64,000 bases of DNA, from contig BQFW01000006.1 of the NCBI GenBank assembly GCA_020891255.1, positions 496,001-560,000 of the forward strand, in the 5' to 3' direction. The DNA comes from Entomortierella parvispora E1425. Lineage: Eukaryota; Fungi; Mortierellomycota. Both the position numbers and the translations under genes were made by a program. The notes under the pieces are model-generated. The model did no database searches, had not been told where the DNA came from, and saw nothing but the letters and a program-made list of their open reading frames with translations. Of this stretch, positions 9,613-19,688 are shown piece after piece (position 1 is the first letter of the stretch; each line of letters opens with the position of its first letter).

Positions 9613-12600
9613 TTATTCACTGTTGACTGTAGGTTCAGGGGCTTTGCTTGTCTTTGTCTCCTTAGTAAAATGGCTAGGAGAACTGCTGCCGTGAACTTTA
9701 CCATCAGTATCTGCGCTAGACTCCGCTGGAGGTGAGCGCGATTTCTCTTTGGGTGGACTTTCATCGTGGTCAGAATCATCCGACTCACCAGTCATCTCGG
9801 GCATATGCAACGCGGGGGGACCTCCACCAGTTGATAGAAGACACAGACCATTAACCAAAACGCGAAAAGCGAATGTAATGGATTCGCTTTCTGGTTGGAA
9901 AGTCACGGCTATACAATTGAAGAAAAGTCAGTTACTTTGATTTTGGAAGGTGGTGACAGAGAGCTACGTAGGCAGAGAAGAGACTTACTCAAGGATGGCA
10001 CTGTTGGATTCATGGGCACCATGCGAGTGCGGTCGGTTCCTCCAAAATGAACTAAGGTATATCCGACCATCGGCTCGGTCTTCCATCGATGACCAAAAAA
10101 GTCCCCAACAGCAGCCTCACTTTGGAAGGTACTCTTAATATCTTTGTTCTTCATCCGTGCAGGGGAGTTTAGCGCGGTCTTTGCAGTCAAAGACGAATCT
10201 TCATCGTCAGAATCTTCGATCTTGATTACCACTTTATCCTCGTGCCCCTCCGTGGTAGAGCTGGATATTGTGTTTCTTTTGGTCCCGTCGACTTGATCGA
10301 CCGCAGCTTCTGAGATAACGGAGGCGCCTCCTAGCCCTTCAGACAGCAGTTGAAAGTTTTGGGCTGAAATGTGGTCCTCAATCTCCAAGACCTGCGCATC
10401 CTGCCATCCCTGAAATCGAACGATTTGCAGCTCCTTCTTAAACCGACAATGAATCTTTTTCAAGAAGTTGACGCTGAACGGCGGAACGGGTCTGCAGTGA
10501 CCATGGGCCTGGAGGTATTGTAAGCACGCTGTACAAAGATATCGACCCTCTATGGAGGCAAGTCTCGATGAGGGCGAGGGCATCGCTGAACTGCCATCCG
10601 ATATTGGAAAAGATGACAATGAATCTGACGTTCGAGGTCGCCAAGTCAGTGAGTCTAATGCCATGCAATTAAAGCATTCCACAGGCCATTTCTTCTTTTT
10701 TTTGGAGGTAGAATCTACTGACGGTGATGGACTTGAGCTGGACGTTCTGAGGCTCAGCGTTGGAGACGCCAAATGTTTTAGTGATCCTGTACCATTTGAA
10801 GCAGCAGATTTGCTTGACAGACCACGTTGTCGCAAGTATAGTAATTGGCGCGCCTGTTGTTGTTGGAAGAGCAATTGCCTTTGCTGTTGATATTGCTTGA
10901 GCCGTTGCTGATGCTGCTGCGGCGGCGACATGATGTGTAAGGGAGAAGTGCCGATTTGTGGCTGGAGTGCTTCGGATTTCGTTGAGGACGAGTACATCTG
11001 CTGGTGGGACTGGTAGTGCCTTTGAATTGGTTTAAAAGCTGGTGACTGATGGTGCAACTGTTGCTGCTGTTGTTGATGCTGTTGCTGCTGCTGTTGTTGA
11101 TGTTGCTGTTGTTGTGCTAATAGCGCTGCTCTCTTTTGGTCCATCATTCGCATGTGTTTTTGCAAGTGGTACGATCTTGAGTAGTCGGATTGAGCTTGCT
11201 GCTGAGCACGGTGCTGACGTTGGTGGAATGACTGTCGTTGCTGGGCAGCAGCAACAGCAGCTGCGGCAGCGGCGTTAGCAGACTCAACGCTTTCAACTAT
11301 AGCCGGCTGCTTATGAGAATGGGAAGGTGGCGATGTGCGACCAGTACTGGCATGGATTGGGGCGTCTCCATTGGGCAGAATCGGCCTAGGCTGAATTGCA
11401 GGGGGTTGGGCAGGTGCGACTGGGAGGCGCTGAACTCTAGGTGAATGCCCGACAGAAGTCGAGGAGACTCTGCTCCCACTAACATGTCCCTCCGTATCCA
11501 TAAGTGTGCTTGCAATTGGGTGTTGTGTTCTGGACGCCCGATGGTGCTGCTCCCTTTCGCGCTCGATTGTTTGAGGGTGTCTGGCAGTATAAGGAGGGTT
11601 CTGCGAGCGATGGTGGCTGAAGAAAGCCTCAGGAGAGTACCAGGAGGGATAAGATGCTGATGGACGAACGCCTGTACGCATTGATCCTGAATTAACTACG
11701 CCTGCGTAGTGTGGATGCTCAGGATGGGGAGGATGGTGATGTGAAATGTGGTGATACGCCGATCGCTTGGAGGGGCGACTCAGGTCCGTGCCGGCGAAAT
11801 GACCAGGTGTATTCGAGAGGGGTACAGAGTAGTGATATTCATCTAATGGTGCCAGCCGATCTGCGGGACGTTTAAACGATGTCCGATTGAAAGGGGCGTA
11901 GTTCACAGTTTTAGCTTCGAGTTCGAAGATCCTATTACGCATTGCGATGTACATGTCCGTAGTAAACTCCTTCTGTTCCTCGTCTAACGAGAAGAGAGCT
12001 GCATCGAAATGAGGAGCGAGGGAGAGAGTCAGTAACCAGAATCACAGTGTCAGAGTAAAAGCACAGTATGTTGGGCACAATATATACCTCCGCCAAGGGT
12101 GGAAAGTGTGTGTTGAGATGATATTGCGTGTCTTGTCCTAAAATGTGGCTCTTGTGAAGGAGCGGTCTTCTAATGACAGGAGGTAATGCAAGGTGAGTTG
12201 AACAGAAAAAGTACTTAGAGTCGGAACAATCACTGTATGCAAAGAGCTACCTTCCACAGAGACGACAATGCATCGCTGCCTTCGACTGGGGCTGCACGCT
12301 TTTCTGGGGACAATGGCAGCTTTGCTGACAGACCTGAACAAACACGCAACAAAAACAAAAACAAAGACGGACGGATCAGCTCAAGAAGGCAGTAGCCCCA
12401 TGGGTGCAAAAGAATGCGGGGATGTGGGTTGCAGCAACGAAGGGGCTAGAGCCTTTGTTTGTTCCACAACAGCGCGAGATGTGATGGTGTGTGGATCCAC
12501 ACGGCCAACAAAAGGGTCTTCAGGATTTAACGTTTTCTTCTTTCTTCTTTTGGGTGTTTACTTGGTCTTACCTTTTGTCCTATGATTGTCGTCCTCCAAT

Positions 12601-13343
12601 TCTTGCGCTTCATTCTGTTGTGTCGAAGTTACCATCGAGTAAGCAATTGCTAGCTCCTGTGAGGTATAGGATGCTGCCGCGGCTGCAGCGGCTGCCGCTG
12701 ATACCATAGAAGATATGCCTGATGGCTCTTCGGAAACTCCGTTCGATTGGGGTCGAGTGGAAGGAGAGGAAGAAGAAGCAGTTGCAGCAAGTGGGGGAGA
12801 GGGTGGAGGCGTTGATGTTGAGGACGGTGTCCTTGATCGCCCTGGAGTGCTATTACTATCAAAAACTGGAATTGCTGCACTAACTGCCAACTGCGAAGGA
12901 GACACTATTGTGGAGCTTGTGGATGTGGTGGAGGGAACCATCATGGCGCTCTGCTGTGAACACTGCTCCCCCGAGCGAGCGACTCTGCCAGGAACAGCAA
13001 CAGTATGGATATCAGGGTCAGAATAGCACCGAGGCAATGGTAGTGGCGATGGTGATCTGCGTCCCTTCAGAGATGTGGAGGGAGAGAGTGAGCTGGGTGA
13101 TATGGGGTTTGTGGAGACAACTGAAATGGGATTGGTGCTGTTTGCTGCAGTTGGCTCAGGGGTATGGTCCATTGTGGATGGTGAGGTCGAGGTTGGGGGT
13201 ATATCAAGAACAGAAAGGGCAGGGGAAGTGGGAGAAGGAAGACCCTGCTGGAGTGAAGCAGCCGAGGACGAAGACGAGGAAAAGGGAGAGGAAGCAGAAG
13301 CAGGAACGGGACAGGCAAAGTACGACGAGGGTGGTTGGGTCAT
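9613..13343 (-). CDS. GATA-type zinc-finger-like transcription factor with low-complexity S/Q/H regions, at least 3 exons
   Basis: Exon about 13343-12572 (MTQPPSS...RTK, donor GTAAGA) joins in phase to about 11984 (DEEQKEFTTDMYIAMRNRIFELE). The main exon has CFNC...TWRP...LCTACLQYLQAHGHCRP. A GTAAGT intron near 9988 leads to TVTFQPESESITFAFRV..., with the stop at 9613. The 5' exon linkage is inferred from phase. Confidence 0.65.
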
Positions 13344-13939
13344 TGATAGCAGGGTATTTGTGCGAGGGAGGGAGAGATGAAAGAAAGAATGAAGAACAAG
13401 CGAATGAGAAAAGAGAAATGAAAAGAGAGAAGTACTCATGCACTGATGCTTGACCATGCATTCGTCTGTTCGTTCGTTTGCTCACTCGTTCTGTCCTTCG
13501 GGGCACCGTCTCGAGGCCAGGGAAACCAGCAGCCAACCCCGACGCGTCTGTGTCTGTGTCTGTGTCTGTGCCATGAAGGAGGGAATCGGGCTGCAAGCAC
13601 GTCCTGCGGGCCAAGTGTGCTTGAGGGGACACAGCGAGAGACACCCACCCGGGCCCGACCGGGTCACACTCGCACACGGGATGTGAAAAATCAGCGAAAA
13701 AAAGTGGGGCCTCTAAACTGGGGTTTATTTTGGCTCAGTTGCCGGACAACCATCAATAAAAGCACAGCACAACTAGGTTGTGGCTCACGGAGGATGCCTC
13801 GGGTACCCATCTCCCCTCCCCGCATCCTTGTCCATAGTCCCTGGTGGACGAGAATAGAGAAAAAGTGGATCTCAACTTTTTTTTCTCTCTGTGTCCAGTC
13901 CAATCCTCAACGTCTCGAACGTGGCTGTCGGGTCTTTTT

Positions 13940-15376
13940 TCATTGCCAAGAGCTAGAAACTTGTCCTTCGGGCTGCGGCCGTTGCTGCAGCTGCTGCATC
14001 AACATTTGCTGATGCTGATGCTCTTCAAAACACTCGCTTGACATTACTGAAAAGACTGAGCCAGCAGCGCCACACAACTTTTGGTGGCGGTGCAGTGCAT
14101 CATTCCTCATAAAGCCTGCCCCGCAGACCTCGCAATTGTATGGTTTTTCGCCAGTGTGCAGCCGTACATGTCGTTCACGGTCATGCCGTCGTGCAAACGC
14201 CAGCGGGCAAATCCCACAGAGGAAGGGTCGGTCTGCAGAATGAGTCTTCATGTGTGAAGTGAGGTTGTACGCTCTCGAGAAGACCTTGTCGCAGCCGGGT
14301 TCGGCGCAGGGAAACGAAGTCGGCTTCATTTTTTTGGGCTTCTTGACCGTTGGAGGTCGAACTCGATGTCGGCGGCGTTTCGGAGAAGAGACAGTTGAAG
14401 ATGAAGGAGAGGTGGGGGTGCTTGGTACCGTAGGAGACACAGTACCAGCAACCATAGAATTTTGAAAATACTCCAGCGACTGATTCGGAGACCATGAGAG
14501 GAGAGACGACGGAGATTGCATTGCCGAGCAATCCATGGAAGCTGCCACTGGATCGCCCACTGTAGGCGGAGGGATGGAAAGAGTCAGTGAGGAGAGCATC
14601 ATCAAGTCCATGTCTTGGTTTGCAGCTGGGATGGTGTTCTCGAGCCCTGGGCGATCTGGGGAATTAAGCGTGGAAAGATATCGGTCAAGTATATCGACGT
14701 CATGATCTCCCTGATGCCCAGCCTGATCGACAGTAAAGAAGGGCGCGGATGGCATCAGACTTTGCTGCTGCTTTTGTTGCTGTTGCTGTTGCTGAGCCAA
14801 AAAGTGCATTTGTGATTGCTGCGGTGGCGCGGCTGAATAGATTGGAATAAGAGGGTGCGAAGGCTGATGGTGATGGGAAAGAAGGCAGGCCTGCTGAGGT
14901 ATCTGCTGCTGGGATTGGTGCTGGTAAAAGAGTGAATCCAGCGATGACATGGATTGAGTCCTTTGGAGAACCATAGGATGGTTTGGTCGGAGGATTTGAA
15001 GAGGCGTCATAGGCTTGTCCTCTTCAGAAACTAGCAGGTGATGGGAGTAAAAACGATGCTGGTACTTTTCCATTGGCTCGTCCGCTTGAAAATTCTGGTG
15101 GCGGCTATGCTTTGGGCTTTGACCTGGTGGGCTAATGATCTCATACTCGTCCATATATTCGTCGTCGTCTTCCATAACATCCTCTGGAAAGCTGTGTCGC
15201 GAGGGGTCGGGAGACATGAGGCTGGGGAGGTTCTGAAGATGAAGGCTGTCGACAAGAAGGTCGCGAGGAATGCTCAAATCGAAGTACGGCACTGAAGATA
15301 TCGTCGATGCAGAGTTGGGATGGGTTATCAGGTAGGTTGAGCGTTGATCGGAGAGTGAGGCCGAGGAGTGAGGCAT
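13940..15376 (-). CDS. C2H2 zinc-finger transcription factor (three fingers, Crz1-like finger sequence)
   Basis: FPCAEPGCDKVFSRAYNLTSHMKTH-SADRPF-LCGICPLAFARRHDRERHVRLH-TGEKPY-NCEVCGAGFMRNDALHRHQKLC, preceded by a basic NLS-like stretch (PKRRRHR...KKPKK). First ATG at 15376; the track start at 15424 is a TTG. Confidence 0.88.
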   Translation of the reverse strand: MPHSSASLSDQRSTYLITHPNSASTISSVPYFDLSIPRDLLVDSLHLQNLPSLMSPDPSRHSFPEDVMEDDDEYMDEYEIISPPGQSPKHSRHQNFQADEPMEKYQHRFYSHHLLVSEEDKPMTPLQILRPNHPMVLQRTQSMSSLDSLFYQHQSQQQIPQQACLLSHHHQPSHPLIPIYSAAPPQQSQMHFLAQQQQQQQKQQQSLMPSAPFFTVDQAGHQGDHDVDILDRYLSTLNSPDRPGLENTIPAANQDMDLMMLSSLTLSIPPPTVGDPVAASMDCSAMQSPSSLLSWSPNQSLEYFQNSMVAGTVSPTVPSTPTSPSSSTVSSPKRRRHRVRPPTVKKPKKMKPTSFPCAEPGCDKVFSRAYNLTSHMKTHSADRPFLCGICPLAFARRHDRERHVRLHTGEKPYNCEVCGAGFMRNDALHRHQKLCGAAGSVFSVMSSECFEEHQHQQMLMQQLQQRPQPEGQVSSSWQ

Positions 15377-17408
15377 CTGCAGAGCAGGCAGGTCAGCGAA
15401 TAGATTAGAAATTATGGAGTGCAATTAGAACACTTGTAAAAAGCTGCAGAGGAAAAACGAACAGAATAGTCGGGAAATGGCGCCGTTGCAAGTAATGGTG
15501 GACAGAGGAAGAATGGTGAAGGAGTGTAGTGGGAAACTGAAGAGGAATAAGGACAACTAAAGGCAGAACAGCGCGTTGATGGTCTTGAGGATCGAAGATG
15601 ATGAAGATAAAAAATATGAGCGAGAAAATGGGGGTGCCCATGCCTTTTTATAGAAGATTAGAAGATTGACCGATCGTTTTTTTTTTTTTTTTTTTGTATC
15701 ACGCACTTCATTTGGTTACTCATTGCTAGCTGTACAATGGTGTTCTGTGTTCTACGCTGCAAGTTTCAATGCTGTGCTCCTGGCGAGTCCCGAGTGCTGC
15801 CATTAGCCGCAAGACGGATGGATCAACGTGTTCTTCTCCGCTGAGAGAATGAGATCCGTGCCCCCGCAAGTGTTCACTCGTGATAATTGTTTTGACAGGG
15901 ATAACGGGGGACTTTAATTGCTTGAGTTGCTCTTCACCAGAGTAACAGACTGCAGTGATGGTATAGGTTCTGAGAGGTCATGAGCTGCCGTAGTCAATTC
16001 CTGCGGACTGTATTAACGCCACCTCAATGTTCGTCTCCAGACTTCGATGAGGCAAAAACAGGGAATCTGGTTGTTACAGAGCTGCGAAGGATGATATGGA
16101 AGACCAAAAATGTTTTGGTGTTCTGGAGTTATCTTGACAAGGGAGCAGCATCGGATATGGTCAATTGGAACGTTCCTGTATCATACCGCACGTTGGTCAA
16201 CGACGAGAATGACCAGAAATGGACGACAATCCTTTCCCAAGATAGAAACCTGCATTTCTTTTCTCCAGTTCCTCGCAGAGAGGAGATTTTGCTTAACTCG
16301 ACTAAGCCATGTTTTGTACCACCATCCTTGCTGTTTTTGGTGTTGTCTTGCAAAGCCCCGTCTCTGCTATTTTATTCTGGCTCTACTCTTTCCACTCGCT
16401 TCAATGAGTCGACGGTACAAGAATAAGGGTCCATGCTGCGTCACACTCCGAGTCTTGGACTCTTGGTTCTTCTTTAGCATCGTTCGCCTTCTGATGTAGT
16501 GTGCGGAGCAAGTATTCTTCGTTTCTAGAGACTTCGTATCCTGAAAGCATTTGGTCAATTGGGAGTGCTTGAGTTAATAATAAAGATTGATGGATGAGTG
16601 CTGAAGGGGTTGAGTGCAAACAAGTCGTCTTCGTTTGCCGTATCAGCAGCTCATATGCTGATATAAAAAAAATTCGAGATCTCAAAACCAGTGTAGATCA
16701 AAACTAGCCCGGCTTGATGGACGGAGGCATCATCGCCTAGAACGCAACCAGTATGCAGTTGAGAGGAGGCGTATACAAGGGTTATATTGAAGTCTTCAGT
16801 ATGGTTCATTCCCTAGGCTGCGGCATCATACAAACGTTCATAAGAACAATGAGCGCGCCACCATTGTCACTGCTGACATAAGGCATCCTGAGTGGTAAAA
16901 GGGGGGGGGGGGAAGGTGTTGAATTTCTAAATGAAACCAGTGGACAATGGGGGCGAAGCTCATTGTCATTGATTGCGGCCAACCCCTGGATCCTTCGTGG
17001 CTGTGCCCGCGGAGAAGACTGTGCTTCGTATGCTTTCACCGCTATTCTTCCCCGGAGCATAGTCGCTGTTGTTGAATTGATGTTGTGGTGCAGGGTTAGT
17101 TACTCAGCCCGGCAGGACAGGGTGGCGATCAGCATCAAGGACTTGCGTTTTTTTTTTCTTCTTGACAAACCATGGCAAGAGGAAGAATCTCCGGCTTCGC
17201 CACAAATAATAATCTTTGGAGCAGAATCACCAAGATCAACAATGCCCCCCTGATGGCATCCAAATTCGTCAATCGAGATGGACGGCGTATTTCCATAATA
17301 GGAGCGTGCTCTCACGCTTTCTCAATCCGTGAGCACAGTGATTCTAGTCAATCGAGAAAGCGTCGCTCAAATTCCTAATCAGGCCATCGTCAAACACACA
17401 CCGTCAGG

Positions 17409-17416
17409 TATAAAAA
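17409..17416 (+). promoter_or_regulatory. TATA box (TATAAAAA) of the duplicated 408-aa gene; mirror copy at 9474-9481
   Basis: Consensus TATA about 130 bp upstream of the ATG, followed by a CT-rich leader. Confidence 0.6.
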
Positions 17417-17540
17417 GAGCGCGACTCTTGCTCAATTCCCCAGATTCTTTACTGCTCTCGACTCTTACACAGCAACACATACACACGCCCTCTCCCTCTC
17501 TCTCTCTTTCTCTCTCTCTCACAGAACCCAACATACAACA

Positions 17541-18767
17541 ATGAAGTCTCAAATGGCCCCCAACAAGCCTCTCCAGAGTCGTCATCGCACCGTCCCTGGC
17601 TTGGATGGCTCCAACGGCCCAGCCAAGGTCCCTGGAATGCTCCGTCGTATGACCAAGCAGTCGTTTATGGACATTGATCTGGCCTATCTCATGAAGATGG
17701 ATCCCACCACCCACGATCCCTTTGAGAACTCCTCTCCTGTCTTTGATGATCCTCCTTCACTCTTCCGGGCCTTGCCTGCTTACAATGGCAACAATGAGTG
17801 GATGTCGAGCGAATCTATTCGACTTCAAAAGGAGCAAGAGGAACTTCGAGTCCAGTATCTTCAATTCCTTCATCAGCTCAACCTCTCGAACCCACAGGCG
17901 TTTCTCGTTCACATGAACACGTTCTCCCGCGAATTCCCTCAAGAGTTCGCACAACTGCAGGCATACATTCGTCACCAAGAACAAATTGTCAACGAGCAAC
18001 GCGAACAAGCACAACGGGAAGAGCAGATGCGCCAATACCAGATGCAATTGGAGATGAAGCTTCATCACGAACAGGAAATGCAACGTCAGCAACAACAGTA
18101 CCAGCTCCAGATCCAACAGCAGCAGGCGCAGGAGATGCGGAATTTGTTGCAAGAATGGCTGTTGAAGCGTCAAAAGGCAAAGTCGACTTCATCGTCTTTG
18201 TTCTCGCAGAACAACAAGAACAAGGCTGAGCTGGATCTTGCAGATGTGTTCACGATCGCGTTACAGAAGGATCCCAAGTTGTTGGAGCGGATGCTCCAGC
18301 CCACAAACAATGCTTCATCGCCCTCGGCATTCCCTGGTGTCAACTCCGGAATGACCTCGACCCCTTCTGGATTAGAGATGCTGTTGACACCAGCGCAGCA
18401 ACAGGAGTTTTCCTATTTCCTGGAGCAAAAACGCATCCAGCAGATTTTGAGTCAAGAAGAGAGCAAGAAGCGATTGCAACAGGATCTGACGGCGGCCGGG
18501 TTCAGTCCGTTGGCCTTCCAGACGGCACTCTCAGGGTTGAGTGGCTCACCCTCAAGCTCATCCAACATTTTTGGAGACACTAGCAACTTGTTTGGGAACG
18601 ATAGCTCATTCTCGTCCAGCTGGGCGGCAGCAGCAGCAGCTAATGCGGCCGCGGGATCGTCATCGTCGGCAGTCTATAGCCACTTCCAACCTCCTCTGAC
18701 CAACGAAAACTATCTAGGGCTGAAGCGTGGGGGATCCAAGAAGACCACAAATACCCGTCGATTCTAG
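17541..18767 (+). CDS. Uncharacterised Q-rich 408-aa protein (copy B, inside the IR)
   Basis: Identical translation to 8123-9349. AATAAA downstream near 18841. Confidence 0.8.
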   Translation: MKSQMAPNKPLQSRHRTVPGLDGSNGPAKVPGMLRRMTKQSFMDIDLAYLMKMDPTTHDPFENSSPVFDDPPSLFRALPAYNGNNEWMSSESIRLQKEQEELRVQYLQFLHQLNLSNPQAFLVHMNTFSREFPQEFAQLQAYIRHQEQIVNEQREQAQREEQMRQYQMQLEMKLHHEQEMQRQQQQYQLQIQQQQAQEMRNLLQEWLLKRQKAKSTSSSLFSQNNKNKAELDLADVFTIALQKDPKLLERMLQPTNNASSPSAFPGVNSGMTSTPSGLEMLLTPAQQQEFSYFLEQKRIQQILSQEESKKRLQQDLTAAGFSPLAFQTALSGLSGSPSSSSNIFGDTSNLFGNDSSFSSSWAAAAAANAAAGSSSSAVYSHFQPPLTNENYLGLKRGGSKKTTNTRRF

Positions 18768-18953
18768 ACCAAAGGACCTGACAATCCCGTTTCCCCCCTC
18801 TCTTTCTCTCTGTATATATTGTGCTTTGCACCTAAAAAAAAATAAACTTGCAGATATCATGGTGACATCAGGCTGACAGGCTAATCATCACCCAGCATAA
18901 AAAGGTTCGACTCCACAGAACAGACAACTTCTGTATTCTCACACCCATCCACC

Positions 18954-19514
18954 ATGTCCAGCATCTCCAACAGCTCCAGTAACGCCGACTCTCTCTCCCA
19001 GAACACGAGTCGAGGCATCACTCCTCAGACCTCAAGTTCCATCGCTCGCGCTTCTCCTACCAAAGCCATTCACTACCCTGGCGAGAGCACTCACACGACC
19101 ACAGATGCCTCAGGCTATCCAGACAAAAGAGATGGATTGACAGCTTCGAGCCCTCCTCAAGCAATGCAAGACCCTCACGAGCATCACAAGTACAACCAAG
19201 TTCAAAACGATCCCTCAGTCAACCATGGTACCATTGTTTCAGACCCTCACGATCGTGATAATTATTACCAAGTTCAAGGCTCCAAGCAAGATGCCATTGT
19301 TGCAGACACTGCCGTATCGTCTGGAGGTGGCCACACTGCCAAGGGCGCCAAAGGAAGCACCCTGCATGACAAGGACCATGATCATCACCACTCAGTCAAC
19401 AGTGCAAGCGACCCTCTTCAAGACCCACTGCACCAGCCTCTCGTTGAAACCATGGAGCAGCTCGGCCATTCAGGCTTGCGAAAGGTTACTGGTGTACCGA
19501 ACTACATCAAGTAG
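18954..19514 (+). CDS. Hypothetical hydrophilic 186-aa protein (S/H/D-rich, likely disordered)
   Basis: ATG in a CACCATG context, C-ending codon bias and an AT-rich 3' flank with AATAAA. No family recognised. Confidence 0.65.
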   Translation: MSSISNSSSNADSLSQNTSRGITPQTSSSIARASPTKAIHYPGESTHTTTDASGYPDKRDGLTASSPPQAMQDPHEHHKYNQVQNDPSVNHGTIVSDPHDRDNYYQVQGSKQDAIVADTAVSSGGGHTAKGAKGSTLHDKDHDHHHSVNSASDPLQDPLHQPLVETMEQLGHSGLRKVTGVPNYIK

Positions 19515-19688
19515 TTTTTTGTAATATTATTATAGATATCCTGAATAAATTATAAAATAAAATAAATCTGGTGGCTTTGAAGAGCCACAGATCCCTTTTC
19601 TTTTGGCATGGGAATGATCTCGTTTGCCTATTACTTCGTTTCTCTTCCTACTCATACCACACACGACCCATTCCCATCTATTTCAACC

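Larger units (their letters stand above)
17342..18792 (+). repeat. Right arm of the 1451-bp inverted repeat
   Basis: Runs from TTCTAGTCAATCGAG (17342) to ACAATCCCGTTT (18792), mirroring 9548 to 8098. Confidence 0.97.

Noticed and set aside
9613-15376. Mucoralean sex locus
   Set aside because: No HMG-box sexP/sexM, tptA or rnhA gene is visible. The mating-type comparison is only a mechanistic analogy.
16700-17300. Short ORFs inside the IR-bounded segment
   Set aside because: Stops and homopolymer runs occur in all frames, with no recognisable domain or consistent exon chain.
8098-18792. Composite or DNA transposon interpretation of the inverted repeats
   Set aside because: No transposase, integrase or recombinase ORF is present and no target-site duplication is evident at the outer ends. 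The arms are a host-like gene with a promoter.
18904-18914. GGTTCGACTCC, a tRNA T-loop/B-box-like motif
   Set aside because: I could not build an A-box, acceptor stem or cloverleaf around it. Not called as a tRNA or SINE.
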